Shown here in pieces: positions 62,933 through 64,000 of a stretch of DNA of 64,000 nucleotides. The stretch lies in assembly GCA_964350265.1 (NCBI GenBank), contig CAYGJZ010000009.1, forward strand, positions 427 to 64,426, written 5' to 3'. How positions within the stretch are numbered: the stretch's first letter is position 1; each line of letters starts with the position of its first letter. A model generated the notes under the pieces. That model searched no databases. It had not been told where the DNA came from and saw only the letters and a list, made by a program, of their open reading frames with translations. A program made the position numbers and the translations under genes. Source of the stretch: an uncultured Gammaproteobacteria bacterium (GTDB lineage Bacteria > Pseudomonadota > Gammaproteobacteria > Arenicellales > CAJQKF01).

Positions 62933-63997
62933 TCAGCTGGAGAAGCCGCGCAGTTTCAGCCCCATGTCGTTGGGACTGCTGGCATAACGCACCGCGGTTT
63001 CGGCGCTGATCCTGCCGCTGGTATACAGCTCGAAAATGTGGCGATCGAAGGGCAAAACGCCCTCCACGGACTTGCTCTTGGTCATCAACTCGACGATGTC
63101 GATGACCTTGGCCGGGTCGAGGATCAGCTCCTGGATGCGTGGCGACACCAGCATCACCTCGCAGGCCAGCACCCGGCCACGCTCCACCGACGGCAGCAGC
63201 CGCTGGCCGATCACCGCCTTGAGATTCTGCGACAACTTGGCGCGGACGGTGTTCTGCGACGACGAGGGAAACGAGCCGACGATGCGCGAGATCGCGTCCG
63301 GGGCGGTGGGTGCATGCAGGGTGCCGAGCACCAGGTGGCCGGTCTCCGCCGCGTTCATGGCGAACTCCATGGTCTCCGTGTCGCGCAGGTCGGACAACAG
63401 GATGACATCCGGATCCTCGCGCAGCGCCGCCGCCATGGCGACGTTGAAGGACAATGCATCGATGCCGATTTCGCGCTGGGCGACGATGGAGCGCCGATCG
63501 CGGAAGAGGAACTCGATGGGATCCTCGATGGTGATGATGTGCTTGGGATAGCGGGCATTGATCTCGTCCACCAGCGCCGCCAGGGTGGTGGACTTGCCGC
63601 TGCCGGTGGCGCCGGTCACCAGCACCAGGCCGCCGCGCAGGCGGGCCAGCTTGGAGACGACCTCGGGCAGGCCGAGCTCGGCCACGGTGGGGATCTCGGT
63701 CTTGATGATGCGCACCGCCACCGCCAGGGTGCCGCGCTGGTAGTAGACGTTGAGCCGCACGCGGCCGATGGCGGCGAAGCCCACCGAGGTGTCGACCTGC
63801 TTGTACTGCTCGAGCTTCTCCCGCTCGCCGGGCTTGAGCACGGTGTAGACGATGCCCTCGAGATCTTCCCGCGACAGCGGTCCGAACACCTCCACCGGGA
63901 CCAGGTCGCCGTCGATGCGCACCGACGGGTAGGCGCCGATGCGCAGGTGCACGTCGGAGCCGTTCTTTTCCACCGCGTAGCCGACCAGGTTCTCCAT
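62933..63997 (-). CDS. PilT/PilU-family type IV pilus retraction ATPase (N-terminus at or just beyond window edge)
   Basis: 354 aa in the window. GSDVHLRIG, Walker A GATGSGKSTTLAALV, TIEDPIEF, Asp box REDPDVILLSDLRD, His box ETGHLVLGTLHA. Confidence 0.85.
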   Translation of the reverse strand: MENLVGYAVEKNGSDVHLRIGAYPSVRIDGDLVPVEVFGPLSREDLEGIVYTVLKPGEREKLEQYKQVDTSVGFAAIGRVRLNVYYQRGTLAVAVRIIKTEIPTVAELGLPEVVSKLARLRGGLVLVTGATGSGKSTTLAALVDEINARYPKHIITIEDPIEFLFRDRRSIVAQREIGIDALSFNVAMAAALREDPDVILLSDLRDTETMEFAMNAAETGHLVLGTLHAPTAPDAISRIVGSFPSSSQNTVRAKLSQNLKAVIGQRLLPSVERGRVLACEVMLVSPRIQELILDPAKVIDIVELMTKSKSVEGVLPFDRHIFELYTSGRISAETAVRYASSPNDMGLKLRGFSS

Positions 63998-64000
63998 GAT

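Noticed and set aside
1-64000. search by eye for CRISPR repeats, tRNA/rRNA genes, IS elements, integrases and prophage genes
   Set aside because: I found no regularly spaced direct repeats, no cloverleaf-like or rRNA-like segments in the intergenic gaps (all under 300 bp), and no transposase or integrase motifs in any frame. A covariance-model scan would be needed to exclude small ncRNAs.

Overview
GC-rich chromosomal segment (about two-thirds G+C by eye, not computed) with gammaproteobacterial gene order. I support about 62 protein-coding genes and a few regulatory or hairpin elements. I recognised no rRNA, tRNA, CRISPR array, transposase or integrase. Housekeeping blocks: aceE (partial) with a divergent pdhR-like repressor; tcdA, radical-SAM, gloB; ilvE; LPS core genes (waaF, a fused waaG-waaP, a second LPS kinase); aroE; hspQ-cobB; hemE-pyrF; aroB-aroK directly downstream of pilMNOPQ; ponA; rsmI, lpoA, yraN, diaA, dolP, hldC; rppH. 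Accessory-looking or poorly explained pieces: (1) a hipBA kinase toxin cassette with a double-length HipB behind an isolated AT-rich patch; (2) a BzdR/BoxR-type regulator with a TGCA-N6-TGCA palindrome facing a DUF4863, aryl-CoA ligase, alpha/beta-hydrolase, MFS module that has no ring-processing genes, plus an orphan paaG-paaH-paaI block 6 kb away; (3) between these two, a membrane-anchored SGNH-like protein coupled to an amidase and divergent from a 787-aa secreted protein with three Cys-bracketed repeats and a CARDB-like end; (4) an ArfA-like small ORF with an intragenic perfect hairpin; (5) a tightly overlapped hspQ, sirtuin, EamA, leaderless BtuF-like operon; (6) a GATase1-AraC regulator, SHMT-like enzyme and amino-acid ABC transporter module; (7) an OMP plus two PEGA lipoproteins; (8) an over-length PilQ. 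Many very long ORFs in the track are antisense or out-of-frame artefacts of the high G+C and were rejected. All functional calls come from reading the translated ORFs and recalling family motifs. No database search was run.
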